A stretch of DNA of 64,000 nucleotides, taken from an uncultured Candidatus Peribacteria bacterium (GTDB lineage Bacteria > Patescibacteriota > Gracilibacteria > CAIRYL01). The notes beneath the pieces are model-generated. The model was not told where the DNA came from. It did not search any database and was given only the letters and a program-made list of their open reading frames with translations. This document shows positions 1 through 10,000 of this stretch, piece by piece (within the stretch, counting starts at the first letter, position 1; each line of letters starts with the position of its first letter). A program made the translations under genes and the position numbers. The stretch is taken from contig CAZHIF010000006.1 in the NCBI GenBank assembly GCA_964532505.1, forward strand, positions 13,558-77,557, in the 5' to 3' direction.

Positions 1-1091
1 TGAAGAAAAAAGTACTCGTTGGTCTTTCTGGAGGACTCGATTCCACCATGTCTGCTTTTTTACTAAAAGAACAGGGATATGACGTCATCGGGGTACATTT
101 TCAATTGTGGCATGATGACAAGGCAGAAAAGTTTGAAAAGAATCTTCCCGAAAACAAATGCTGCAGCTTAAGGGATTTGATGCTCGCCAGAACCGTAGCA
201 AAAAAACTAGGTATCCCGTTTTTCGTTTTTGATTTTCGAGAACGGTTTAAAAAAGAGGTGGTAGACGATTTTATTTCCAAATTTCGCTCAGGAATAACGC
301 CCAACCCCTGCGTAGAATGTAATCGAAATATTAAATTCGGATTCTTTTTTGAAAAGATGAAAGATCTGGGATGTAATTATATTGCCACAGGGCATTATGT
401 GAAAAACGAATGGAACGAAACCACACATGAATGGGAACTTTCATCGGGAAAAGACCCACACAAAGACCAAACCTATTTTTTGTATACACTCACACAAGAA
501 CGGCTCTCTCATTGCCTTTTCCCCATGGCACCGTATACAAAAGACGAAATCAGAACCCTCGCAAAAGAAAATGGATTCACTTCCTTTGCTGAAAAAAGAG
601 AATCACAAGGCGTGTGTTTTTATGCAGAAAAGAGCCATATTCCATTTTTGGAGCGGCAGATTCCCGAAGCGTTTGTAGCAGGAGATATTATCCAAATGGA
701 AACCCAAAAAAAGATAGGAGAGCATGCTGGCATTTTGCACTATACTAAAGGACAACGAGCTAGGGTTGGAGGAATGCTTCTCCCACAATACGTCATCAAA
801 ACAGATCCAAAAACCAACATAGTATATATTGGATCGAATGCATTACTTTGGAGCAAATATATAACCCTCAACACACTTTCATGGATAGGAAGGCCATTGA
901 GAAAAGGTGAAAACTGCCTGATAAAAATTAGACATGGAGGTCAAGCGATGGATGCGATTGTGGAACATAATGAGCCAGAAAAAATGATTCTTCATTTTAA
1001 AGAACCAATTCGTAGCATTACCGCAGGGCAAAGTGCGGTGATGTATAATGCCACAGGAAAATGCTTAGGAGGTGGGATTATTGAAGAATAA
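1..1091 (+). CDS. mnmA: tRNA-specific 2-thiouridylase MnmA (start codon clipped by window edge)
   Basis: ORF 48..1091 extends in frame to nt 3, giving KKKVLVGLSGGLDSTMSAFLL (PP-loop SGGxDS). Nt 1-2 are the TG of the start codon. CVECN and QGVCF cysteine motifs as in MnmA. Confidence 0.9.
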   Translation, partial: KKKVLVGLSGGLDSTMSAFLLKEQGYDVIGVHFQLWHDDKAEKFEKNLPENKCCSLRDLMLARTVAKKLGIPFFVFDFRERFKKEVVDDFISKFRSGITPNPCVECNRNIKFGFFFEKMKDLGCNYIATGHYVKNEWNETTHEWELSSGKDPHKDQTYFLYTLTQERLSHCLFPMAPYTKDEIRTLAKENGFTSFAEKRESQGVCFYAEKSHIPFLERQIPEAFVAGDIIQMETQKKIGEHAGILHYTKGQRARVGGMLLPQYVIKTDPKTNIVYIGSNALLWSKYITLNTLSWIGRPLRKGENCLIKIRHGGQAMDAIVEHNEPEKMILHFKEPIRSITAGQSAVMYNATGKCLGGGIIEE

Positions 1092-1314
1092 ATGATTGGT
1101 TGATTGTAGGAATTGCATATAATATTTTTTTTCTGCCAGTAAAAAAGCGATTTGCGTTGCTCAAAAAACATGACTTGCCACGCTATCAGATTCTTTAACA
1201 CCCGCCAAAAACGAACCAGAACGAGGAAAACGCTTGAGCATGGCAAGCTCAAAACAAAAACGTACGAGAACAAGCATAAAAATTACAAATTACAAGTTTC
1301 AAGTTGTTTTTTCA

Positions 1315-2709
1315 TTATTCATTATTTTTTGGCATCACAATTTTTCCTTCCACCGCACACCAAGCTGCCGTGAGAGGGCTAGCAAGATGCGTGATCGCGC
1401 CTTTTCCTTGGCGTCCCACAAAATTTCTATTAGACGTGGAAACACAACGCTCTCCAGAAGGAACGTGATCACCATTCATCGCCAAACACATCGAACATCC
1501 AGGACGCCGAAAGTCAGCTCCTGCTTTTATAAAAATCTGATCATACCCTCTCGCAATGGCTTCTTTTTCCACCATTTCAGAACCTGGCACAATAAACATC
1601 CGAACACCCTTGGCAACACTATTATTTTTCAAAACATTCGCCACTATTTCAAGATCAGAAATTCGAGCATTGGTGCATGACCCCACAAACACATGCTGAA
1701 TAGGCGTTCCAATAAGTGATTGCCCAGCTTCCAATTGTGTGTAGGCAAGTGACTTTTGTGCGAGCATTTTATCTTCTTCATTCATGCTTTCAAGTAATGG
1801 AATAACTTCATCAAGCGCAATCCCCTGCCCCGGCGTCGTTCCCCAAGTTATCATGGGCTTTGCATTTTCCAAATCCACTTCCACCACCATATCATAATCT
1901 GCATCATCTGGAGACGCGTAGGACAACCATTCCTTTTTAGCCTTTTCAAAAAGACATTCTTCTATTCTTCCTGTGTTTTTGAGGAAATCAAAGGTTTTCT
2001 GGTCGGGCGACACAAGGCCAAATCGACCTCCGCATTCGATCGACATGTTGCAAATCGTCATACGCTCTTCCATCGACGCATTACGGATAAATTCCCCACA
2101 ATATTCCAACGCATAGCCTGTTCCTCCTTGCACGCCAATTTGCGCGATAAGCTTGAGGATTGCATCTTTTGCAGAAAAACGAGGATCAGGAGTTCCTACA
2201 AAATTCACTTTCATGGTCTTGGGTCGATCCATGAGCAGGCAAGACGTCGCCAATACATGAAAAATCTGAGTTGTTCCCACCCCAAACGCCAGCACTCCAA
2301 AAGCACCATGCGTGGAGGTGTGAGAATCTCCACAGCAAAGTGTCATTCCTGGTTGTGTAATTCCCAATTCAGGCCCTGTAACATGCACAATCCCTTGATG
2401 ACCAGAGCCAACATCATGCAGAGTAATTCCAAAATCGAGACAGTTTTTTCGCAGAGTTTCGAGCTGAATCTTATTTTGCTCATCAGCAAAATCATCTTGG
2501 CTTAAATTGGTTGGAATAGAGTGATCAAGGGTCGCCACATTTCGCGACGGATCAAAAACCCGCAGATTATGCTTTCGCAATTCATCAAATGCTTGAGGAC
2601 TGGTCACCTCATGCAACAGTTGCATATCTAAAAACAAAACATCGGGAGATCCTTCTTCCGAGCGCACCACGTGAGCATCCCAAATAGTATCAATAATATT
2701 TTTCGCCAT
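1315..2709 (-). CDS. leuC: 3-isopropylmalate dehydratase large subunit (aconitase fold)
   Basis: MAKNIIDTIWDAHVV N-terminus; Fe-S ligand motifs CCGDSHTSTHG and GSCTNARISD; NRNFVGRQG. ATG at 2709 preferred over TTG at 2718. No leuD adjacent. Confidence 0.85.
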   Translation of the reverse strand: MAKNIIDTIWDAHVVRSEEGSPDVLFLDMQLLHEVTSPQAFDELRKHNLRVFDPSRNVATLDHSIPTNLSQDDFADEQNKIQLETLRKNCLDFGITLHDVGSGHQGIVHVTGPELGITQPGMTLCCGDSHTSTHGAFGVLAFGVGTTQIFHVLATSCLLMDRPKTMKVNFVGTPDPRFSAKDAILKLIAQIGVQGGTGYALEYCGEFIRNASMEERMTICNMSIECGGRFGLVSPDQKTFDFLKNTGRIEECLFEKAKKEWLSYASPDDADYDMVVEVDLENAKPMITWGTTPGQGIALDEVIPLLESMNEEDKMLAQKSLAYTQLEAGQSLIGTPIQHVFVGSCTNARISDLEIVANVLKNNSVAKGVRMFIVPGSEMVEKEAIARGYDQIFIKAGADFRRPGCSMCLAMNGDHVPSGERCVSTSNRNFVGRQGKGAITHLASPLTAAWCAVEGKIVMPKNNE

Positions 2710-2806
2710 ACAAAACAATCATTACAAAAAACACAAGCAGTATAGAGACAATGTGAAAAATATCAAAACAATCTCTTTCTCAAAAAGTTTCTCTTTTGAA
2801 AAAATC

Positions 2807-2815
2807 TGATACAAT
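2807..2815 (+). promoter_or_regulatory. extended -10 element TGATACAAT upstream of tmk
   Basis: TGnTAnnnT match 32 nt upstream of ATG 2848. Same architecture recurs upstream of several other genes in the window. Confidence 0.4.
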
Positions 2816-2847
2816 AGTGAAGAAAGCATATTCATAACACCTTTTTC

Positions 2848-3438
2848 ATGTTCATCGTTTTTGAAGGAACAGACGGATCCGGAACTTCAACCCAAGCAAA
2901 AAATGTAGCAAATTTTTTAACAAATCAGGGAAAATCCGTTTTTCACACCACCGAACCTTCCACTTCTGCAGCAGGGATAGTGCTTCGGGAAATTCTTACA
3001 CATCAAAAAAACTTAGAAGCCAACGCCTTGCAAGTGCTTTTCTTCTCAGATCGTTTACACCACATTAAAGAAGAAATTATTCCAGCTCTGAAGCGAGGAG
3101 AAACGGTTATTTGTGAGCGATATGTGTGGAGTTCGATAGCATATGGAAACGCATCGGGAGTGAATGAAGCCATGCTTTTGGAGCTTTCTTCTCATTGCTT
3201 AGTGCCCGACCTTACCATTTTTTTGGATGTACCAGAAGAGATTTCTCTGGAACGAATTGAAAAACGAGGACAACGAAAAGAACATTTTGAAAAAGCAGAA
3301 GTGCTAAAAACAGTGAGAAAGGTGATGCAAAAACTGGCGAAAGAATCATTCCACAGCAAAAAAGTGTTGCATCTGGATGCGAGTGGGTGTGAGGAGGAAA
3401 TTGTAGAAAAGATACTATCATTTCATACTCTAAAATAA
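2848..3438 (+). CDS. tmk: thymidylate (dTMP) kinase
   Basis: P-loop FIVFEGTDGSGTSTQ; FSDRLHH and ERYVWSSIAYG motifs; typical 196-aa length. Confidence 0.85.
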   Translation: MFIVFEGTDGSGTSTQAKNVANFLTNQGKSVFHTTEPSTSAAGIVLREILTHQKNLEANALQVLFFSDRLHHIKEEIIPALKRGETVICERYVWSSIAYGNASGVNEAMLLELSSHCLVPDLTIFLDVPEEISLERIEKRGQRKEHFEKAEVLKTVRKVMQKLAKESFHSKKVLHLDASGCEEEIVEKILSFHTLK

Positions 3439-3522
3439 TAACTTGAACCTTGAAATTTACCCCTTCCTCACTTCTCTCCTCCACCCTATTCTCTTCTTCA
3501 TTTTTCATTCTTTTATAATCGT

Positions 3523-4167
3523 TTGCATTATTTATATCGTTTTCGCTGGCTTATAGGCTCATTGATAATCCTATTTGGACTCACTTTTCCCAATTGGTAT
3601 GTGTGGTACAGCACAGAACCTAATATTTTTGCAAAACAAGAAATCAACGACCCCATAAAAGCTCCAGTCGCCATTGTATTTGGAGCAGCAGTATATTCAT
3701 CTGGTCCGTCTCCCATCTTTTCCGATCGGCTTACCGTGGCAGCAAACTTGTATAAATCTGGCATGGTGCAAAGGATTTTGGTATCTGGAGATAACAGCGA
3801 AGAATATTACAATGAGCCGAAGGCAGGAAAAGAATTCCTTCTGAAAAAAGGAATTAAAGAAGGTGATATAATTTTGGATTATGCAGGATTTCGAAGCTAT
3901 GACACATGCATTCGAGCATATAAAATATTTGGAGTGGAAGAAGCATTGCTAGTGTCTCAAGAATTTCACCTTCCACGAGTAGTCTTTTTATGTAGCCATT
4001 CTGGCATCAAAAGTACTGGAATTTCTGCAGACATGCGAGCATATTCTAATATGTATAAAAACTATTTTCGTGAATATTTAGCAACACAATTAGGGTTCTA
4101 TCAGGTATTGTGGGGCGACTATGAACCAAAATTTTTGGGGAAGGAAGAACCAATTGACAAAGAATAA
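3523..4167 (+). CDS. SanA/YdcF-like DUF218 membrane protein
   Basis: N-terminal TM helix, then VAIVFGAAV...SDRLTVAANLYKSGMVQRILVSGDN, a DUF218/SanA pattern. TTG start. Confidence 0.6.
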   Translation: MHYLYRFRWLIGSLIILFGLTFPNWYVWYSTEPNIFAKQEINDPIKAPVAIVFGAAVYSSGPSPIFSDRLTVAANLYKSGMVQRILVSGDNSEEYYNEPKAGKEFLLKKGIKEGDIILDYAGFRSYDTCIRAYKIFGVEEALLVSQEFHLPRVVFLCSHSGIKSTGISADMRAYSNMYKNYFREYLATQLGFYQVLWGDYEPKFLGKEEPIDKE

Positions 4168-4177
4168 AGCCTCTCGG

Positions 4178-4183
4178 TATAAT
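4178..4183 (+). promoter_or_regulatory. candidate -10 hexamer TATAAT for the infC-rpmI-rplT operon
   Basis: Perfect TATAAT about 17 nt upstream of the first possible infC start. Confidence 0.35.
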
Positions 4184-4199
4184 CGAACAGCTTTTTTTA

Positions 4200-4751
4200 T
4201 TGTATTTTTTTTTGGCGAGTAAATTTCAAGAGCTATCGGGGAAAAATAAAATTCTGAAGAATGATGAAATTCAAGCTTCAGAAGTGCGCGTGGTGTCTGA
4301 TAATGGAGATCAATTGGGAGTATTTCCTCTCAAAAAAGCTCTAGAACTAGCTGCTGAAAAAGAACTAGACCTCGTGGAAGTTTCCCCTCAGGCTGTTCCA
4401 CCTGTGTGCAAGCTGATGAATTTTGGAACCTATCTGTACCAAAAGAAAAAGGAGGTGAAGGATCAGAAAAAGAAGCAAAAGGTGCAAGCCTCGAAAGAAA
4501 TCAAATTTGGAATTAGAATTTCTGATCATGACTTTGGAGTTCGGATTTCTAGGGTAATAGACTTTCTTAAGACTGGTCATCCCGTGCGAGTGATATTGCA
4601 GTTTAAAGGAAGAGAGCAATCACATGCCAGCATCGGACTCAAGCGATTTGAAGAGATGCAAATGGCGCTGGAAGGAATTGGAAAGCAAGAATATGCACCA
4701 AAAGAACAAGGAAGGAGCGTCGTCACAGAATTTCGTCCACTGAAAAAATAA
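4200..4751 (+). CDS. infC: translation initiation factor IF-3 (start codon uncertain: TTG 4200/4213 or ATT 4251)
   Basis: IQASEVRVVSDNGDQLGV, PPVCKLMNFG, KEIKFG.RISDHDF, ILQFKGRE: IF-3 N- and C-domain patterns. No in-frame ATG at the 5' end. Confidence 0.85.
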   Translation: MYFFLASKFQELSGKNKILKNDEIQASEVRVVSDNGDQLGVFPLKKALELAAEKELDLVEVSPQAVPPVCKLMNFGTYLYQKKKEVKDQKKKQKVQASKEIKFGIRISDHDFGVRISRVIDFLKTGHPVRVILQFKGREQSHASIGLKRFEEMQMALEGIGKQEYAPKEQGRSVVTEFRPLKK

Positions 4752-4770
4752 TTTTTTACTTCATTTGTGT

Positions 4771-4983
4771 ATGGCTATGAAACTTGGAAAAACAGGAAAG
4801 CAAAAGAATCACAGCACTTCTAAAAAAACTTTTGCGAAAACAGGGTCAGGAAAACTGACTATGGAAAAAGCAGCTCGAAACCATCTACTTCTTCAAAAAT
4901 CTCGAAGTGAAGGAGGAAAACAAGATTTATCTCTTGCTAAGGGGGATAGCAAGCGAGCAAGTAAAATGCTTCCATCTTGGTAA
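4771..4983 (+). CDS. rpmI: 50S ribosomal protein L35
   Basis: KKTFAKTGSGKL...HLLLQKS...KRASKMLP pattern; located between infC and rplT. Confidence 0.8.
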   Translation: MAMKLGKTGKQKNHSTSKKTFAKTGSGKLTMEKAARNHLLLQKSRSEGGKQDLSLAKGDSKRASKMLPSW

Positions 4984-5026
4984 TTTGAGATTGTTTTATT
5001 TTTAGTATTTTAATTATTTCATTCGT

Positions 5027-5371
5027 ATGAGAGTAACGAACGCACCAGCTCGAAAAGCTCGAAAAAAGAAGATTTTCTCCCTTACCAAAGGGTTCATGTG
5101 GGGACGAAAAAACGTTTTCAAAGAAGCAGTGGATGCTATGTGGCATGCAGGACAGAATAGCTATCGAGACCGACGAAGAAAAAAACGAAGCTTTCGACAG
5201 CTTTGGATCACTCGTATTTCTGCAGCATTGCAATCAATGGGAAAACGATATTCTGAATTTGCTTTCAAAATGGCAGAAAAGAAAATCATAGTAAACCGAA
5301 AAATGTTGGCAGAAATAGCAGTGAAAAATCCAGCAGTCTTTCAAGACATTGTAAACAAGGTATACGCGTAA
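5027..5371 (+). CDS. rplT: 50S ribosomal protein L20
   Basis: MRVTNAPARKARKKKIF.LTKGF.G...YRDRRRKKRSFRQLWITRISAA, the L20 signature. Confidence 0.9.
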   Translation: MRVTNAPARKARKKKIFSLTKGFMWGRKNVFKEAVDAMWHAGQNSYRDRRRKKRSFRQLWITRISAALQSMGKRYSEFAFKMAEKKIIVNRKMLAEIAVKNPAVFQDIVNKVYA

Positions 5372-5394
5372 GCGCTGCAAAAAATATATGGAGT

Positions 5395-5420
5395 AAAAAG
5401 CGGGAATTTTCCCGCTTTTT
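5395..5420 (+). terminator. rho-independent terminator after rplT
   Basis: AAAAAGCGGGA / ATTT loop / TCCCGCTTTTT: an 11-bp perfect stem followed by a T-rich tract. Confidence 0.75.
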
Positions 5421-5450
5421 CTATTTTAGTATTTTTAATTCTTAATTTTC

Positions 5451-6059
5451 ATGTTCATTCTCCTCTCTTCCTTTCTGATGGGTCTTTTCGCCGCCATAAT
5501 CCCTGGCCCCATTTTGCTTTCTGGAGTGGCGTGCATTCTTTCGAATGATAAAAGAGGATTGTTTCAAGCCATTAAATTGGTTTTGATTGCAGTATTTGTT
5601 GAATTTTTTATCGCATTAGGGATTGTGAAATTTGGAGCAAATATTCCATTCCCGCATTGGTTTTTTGCAAGCCTTTCTATTATTGGTGCATCGCTTCTTC
5701 TGTGGCTTGCATGGCAACTGTGGAACGCACAAAAAAACGAAGTGAGTGCCACGCAGATAAATTTTTCACCATGGCAAATGGTGGGAATAACTATCTTCAA
5801 TCCTATGCTGTGGGGAATGTGGATAACAGTTTCAATGCCATTAGCAGTGGAGGTGGGAAACCAGATTTTTTGGGGAGAAGGGTGGTATGTGATTATTTTT
5901 CTTTCTGGGATTGTGCTAGGGCATTCGGCTATTTTTGGACTTTCGGAAATTATTAAAGAAAAATTCCTTTCGCAAGCGTTCACGAAAAGAATTTTTCAAG
6001 TAGTGAGTTTTGGGTTTGTGCTGTTTGCAATGATGGTGATTTGGAATGGAGTGATATAA
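5451..6059 (+). CDS. LysE/RhtB-type exporter family membrane protein
   Basis: About 6 hydrophobic helices; N-terminal IIPGPILLSG motif typical of LysE-type translocators. Confidence 0.55.
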   Translation: MFILLSSFLMGLFAAIIPGPILLSGVACILSNDKRGLFQAIKLVLIAVFVEFFIALGIVKFGANIPFPHWFFASLSIIGASLLLWLAWQLWNAQKNEVSATQINFSPWQMVGITIFNPMLWGMWITVSMPLAVEVGNQIFWGEGWYVIIFLSGIVLGHSAIFGLSEIIKEKFLSQAFTKRIFQVVSFGFVLFAMMVIWNGVI

Positions 6060-6173
6060 GAAATCTCTGTGAAATATATAGTTAAAGAGAGAGGGTGGGG
6101 AGGGTAAAATAATGAAGGTAATCTCAAAAAGGAAACGATAATAGATGCAACTTCTCTCTTTTTATAAAAAAAA

Positions 6174-6857
6174 TTAGTGTGTTTTGCGAGTGGTCATTAA
6201 AGAATCTAATTGAGAAAGAAGTTGTTCAATAGTGTCCTTTCTTATATCTGAAACATTTAATTCCATATGGATTCCTTTTGGTCTTATTTCTTGATCGCTT
6301 GGAAAAAATTCGTGAAACCCATACTTGTTACACATACGACGAAGGACTGCCTCTTGTTTTTTGATGCTGGCTAATTGTTGCTCCGTCTGCGCACTGAACG
6401 ATACACCATCATTTATTGCGGCTTCCCTTGTTTCATATCGACCATACCCCCCTTGTATTAATACTATTTCTTCTGGAGATATTGTTAGCACAATATGAGA
6501 CAAATCATGCTTTAATGCTTCTCTTACAGTGTAAAGTAAAAAAAATGGGAATATTTCACGATGGGTTTTTCTTACCTGTTCTGGAATAGAAATAACATCA
6601 AGTGATAATCTATCTTTTTCTCTTTCTCTTTTCATCATTAAATATGGATCAATGACCTCATTATGTTCTAAATTAAGCCAAGATAGAAACTTCTGTACTA
6701 TGCTTTTCGGTATTTTCTCATCTTCTGTGGGTTGTTTAAAAAAAACAACTGAATTCTTACCACCCGTTCTTTTACATTCATCCTTTAATTCCTTAAACCT
6801 CGGATGTTCTTTTATCAAAGAAAGTATTTTCTTTCGATTATCGCATGAAGATTTCAT
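6174..6857 (-). CDS. hypothetical protein (orphan, no recognisable motif)
   Basis: 227-aa uninterrupted ORF flanked by very AT-rich spacers (6060..6173 and 6858..7086). No family recognised by eye. Confidence 0.5.
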   Translation of the reverse strand: MKSSCDNRKKILSLIKEHPRFKELKDECKRTGGKNSVVFFKQPTEDEKIPKSIVQKFLSWLNLEHNEVIDPYLMMKREREKDRLSLDVISIPEQVRKTHREIFPFFLLYTVREALKHDLSHIVLTISPEEIVLIQGGYGRYETREAAINDGVSFSAQTEQQLASIKKQEAVLRRMCNKYGFHEFFPSDQEIRPKGIHMELNVSDIRKDTIEQLLSQLDSLMTTRKTH

Positions 6858-7046
6858 TTTTTATAAATGAATAATATATAATGCCTTAAAGAATCTCTAC
6901 AAAAAAATAAAACATTTGTTTAATCTCTTTATTTTTAGAAAAACATTAGTGAGTTTTATAGATTCCTTACTGCATAATAATATTATAAAATATAAAACAA
7001 TAAATCAATAATATTTTTTCAGAAAATAAAAAATCATAAAAAATCG

Positions 7047-7055
7047 TGATATACT
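7047..7055 (+). promoter_or_regulatory. extended -10 element TGATATACT upstream of the PBP gene
   Basis: TGnTATACT 31 nt upstream of ATG 7087. Confidence 0.4.
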
Positions 7056-7086
7056 CCCGATAAACACCTTTTGTTGTCTTTTTCAT

Positions 7087-10000
7087 ATGAGCGATAAACT
7101 CTTTTCTCGAAAACCCATCACCCGCCAATCAAGCCACTTTGAACCACCTCAATCAAATCTCCCTCATCATTCTTCAAAAACACCTCTTTCAGAAAAAACA
7201 AAAAAAACAGCTAAAGCGCTTTTTTTGAAGTTTTTTCAGCTTGGGCTTTTTATCGTCCTTTGTGGATTTTTGTGGATTGGATACACCATTTCCACAACCC
7301 CAGATATCGAAACCCTCAGTGCTAATTCGTTTTCCCAGCCAAGTGTCATTCTGGACAATTCTGGAGGAACAGTGTTGTATGAATTGGTTGGGAAAGAAAG
7401 ACGAGACGTGGTGGCGCTCAATGATATTTCTATTCACATGCAGCATGCTATTTTGGCAGCAGAAGATGCCGATTTTTACAACCACGGAGGAGTATCATAC
7501 CGTGGAATTGCCAGAGCCGTGCGAGATGCATTCATTGCAGGACGCACCGAAGGAGGAGCTTCCACCATCACTCAACAACTGGTGAAAATGGTAGTGTTTT
7601 CAAAGGGAGAAGAAAGTTTTCATGAAAAATTACAACGAAAAATTAGAGAAATATCTCTTGCCATCGAAGTGGAAAAAACCTATGACAAAAACCAAATTCT
7701 TGAACTCTATCTCAACAAAGTTCCATTTAGAGGAAATATATATGGAGTAGAACGAGCCTCTCAGGAATTTTTTGGGAAAAATGCAAAAGATTTGACTATT
7801 GCAGAAAGTGCTTTTTTGGCAGGGCTTCCACAAGCTCCAGGGCGATATCAACGGGTAAATAAATCGTATATTGATCTCACGCCAGAAGAAATCGAAAGCC
7901 TGAACATTACTGATTTCGATGATCTCATGAGCCGATCGAATGAGATTAAAGACTCATTTGTACGAGGAGTATTTGGACAAAATTGGAACTTCGCGGGTGG
8001 AAAAATTGGCTATATACCTGGTCGGTTTGACTATGTATTAGGACAAATGCTCGCGAAAGAATTTATTAGCGAATCGGAAGCTAAACAGGCAAAAGAGGAG
8101 GTGAAAAATTTAAAATTTGTAGAGAATAAAGTTAGCCTTATAGCTCCGCATTTTGTTTTCTATGTGCAAAGCCAACTAGAGGATATTTTGAAAGAAAAAT
8201 ATGGAGATCAAGCAGAAACGATTCTCTATCAAAAAGGACTTAAAATATATACCACTCTTGATTCTGATTTGCAAAAAACCATGCAAGAAACATTTTTAAA
8301 TGCTTCTGCGAATCTTGATCCCTATAATATTCAAAATATTGCAGGAGTTGTTTTAGATAGTAAAACAGGGGCTATTTTGGCGATGCAGGGATCTCGAGAT
8401 TTCAATGCTACCGAATTTGGAGGACATCCTTTTGATGGGCAGGTGAATGTGATGACTTCTTCCAGACAGCCAGGATCAACTTTTAAAGCATTGGTGTATG
8501 CTGCTGCCTTTGAGCAAAAAGGACTCGCCCCAGCAACAGTTCTCATGGATGTAAAAACAAATCTTTCCCTCAATGGAGTCCCCTATTTCCCAAAAAACTT
8601 TGATAATACTTTTTCAGGTCCTGTGAGCATACGAAAAGCGTTGGGGTCATCCCTCAATATTCCTGCAGTGAAAGCTGGGATTATTATAGGTATCAAACCA
8701 CTGTATGAATTTGCTGGAAAACTCGGAATCCAATTTACAGAAAATGTTAATACGATGGGTCCAGCGATGGCATTGGGGGCGCCAGTGGTAAAACCTCTTG
8801 AAATGGCTGGAGCATATGCCACACTCGCAAATCAAGGGAAAAAAGTGACGCCTTTTGCCATCACCAAAGTGGTGGATGCTTCAGGTGCGATGATCTATGA
8901 ACAAAATATGAAAGCAGAACAGCCTCAGGTTATTTCACCAGAGACAGCATTTTTGGTGAGTGATATTCTTTCCGATGAATCGGGGAAGGCTCGACCAACC
9001 TCTTGGAACGGCTCGCTGGGAGGCTTTGGAAGACCTGTTGCGGTGAAAACGGGAACTTCCACAGGAGTGGATGCGAAAGGGAATACGCATCCTCATGACC
9101 TTTGGACTATTGGATACACTCCTTCGCGAGTGTTGGCAGTGTGGGCGGGAAACAACAAAGGATGGGAGGGAAATCCAAAAGGATTTTTATCAGATAAAGC
9201 CTCTGGACTTACCAATGTGGCACCCATTTGGAGAAAGATTATGCTCGCAGTGATCAAAGGAGTCCCTGCAGAAAATTTTGTGCGTCCTGCAGGAGTAAAG
9301 CAAATATCGGTTTCAAAACTTTCTGGAAAACTTCTTCCACAAGGATTTCCAGAATCACTTATCGTGAATGATTATTTCAATGTAAAATATTTACCAGACA
9401 AGCAGGATACCTCTTTGAAATATGTGAAACTCGAAGAATCTTCACAAAAACTTCCCAATGAATTTACTCCAGAAAGCGCGGTAAAAGAATATGTGTATGT
9501 GGAATTTCACTCGTTCTTTCCCAATAACCCTGCATGGGAAAACCCTGTAAGAGATTGGCTTACATCAAACAGAGCCACATTGAGTGAAAATCTTGGAATC
9601 CCCAACATTATTCCATTTGTTCCAAAAGAAACTACCGAAGTATATTCGGAAGAAACACAAAAAAACGCTCCCAAAATTACCATTGTCTCTCCTCCAAACA
9701 TGGGAACGGTTTCACCTCCTCGTATTACAATCACCACCAATCCGTCTTCTCCCAATGGAGTAGCAGCTGTACGAATCTATTGGGATGGGAAAATAGTGGC
9801 GCAAAAACAAGAGGCTCCATGGACATTCATTATTCCTGTCGAAGGCACAATGGTTGGTTCGGTGCACACCATCAAAGCAGAGGTTGAAGATAACCTAAAG
9901 TATACAGGAGAAATTTCAAAACAAGTGAAAATTGGAGCAGACACAGTTCCTCCAAAAATTTCGTTCAACTCTCCTGAGGAAAACACTTCCATAGCATCAG

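Noticed and set aside
3451-3510. Recurrent pyrimidine-rich TTTACCYCTCC / CCTCC(C)ACCCT tracts in spacers (3451..3510, 6080..6110 reverse orientation, 10293..10340, 24470..24500, 50874..50890)
   Set aside because: The similarity is short and degenerate, and orientation relative to the flanking genes is inconsistent. The shared 8-mer (ATTTACC-type) is within chance expectation for 64 kb of AT-rich DNA. I kept it only as a note.
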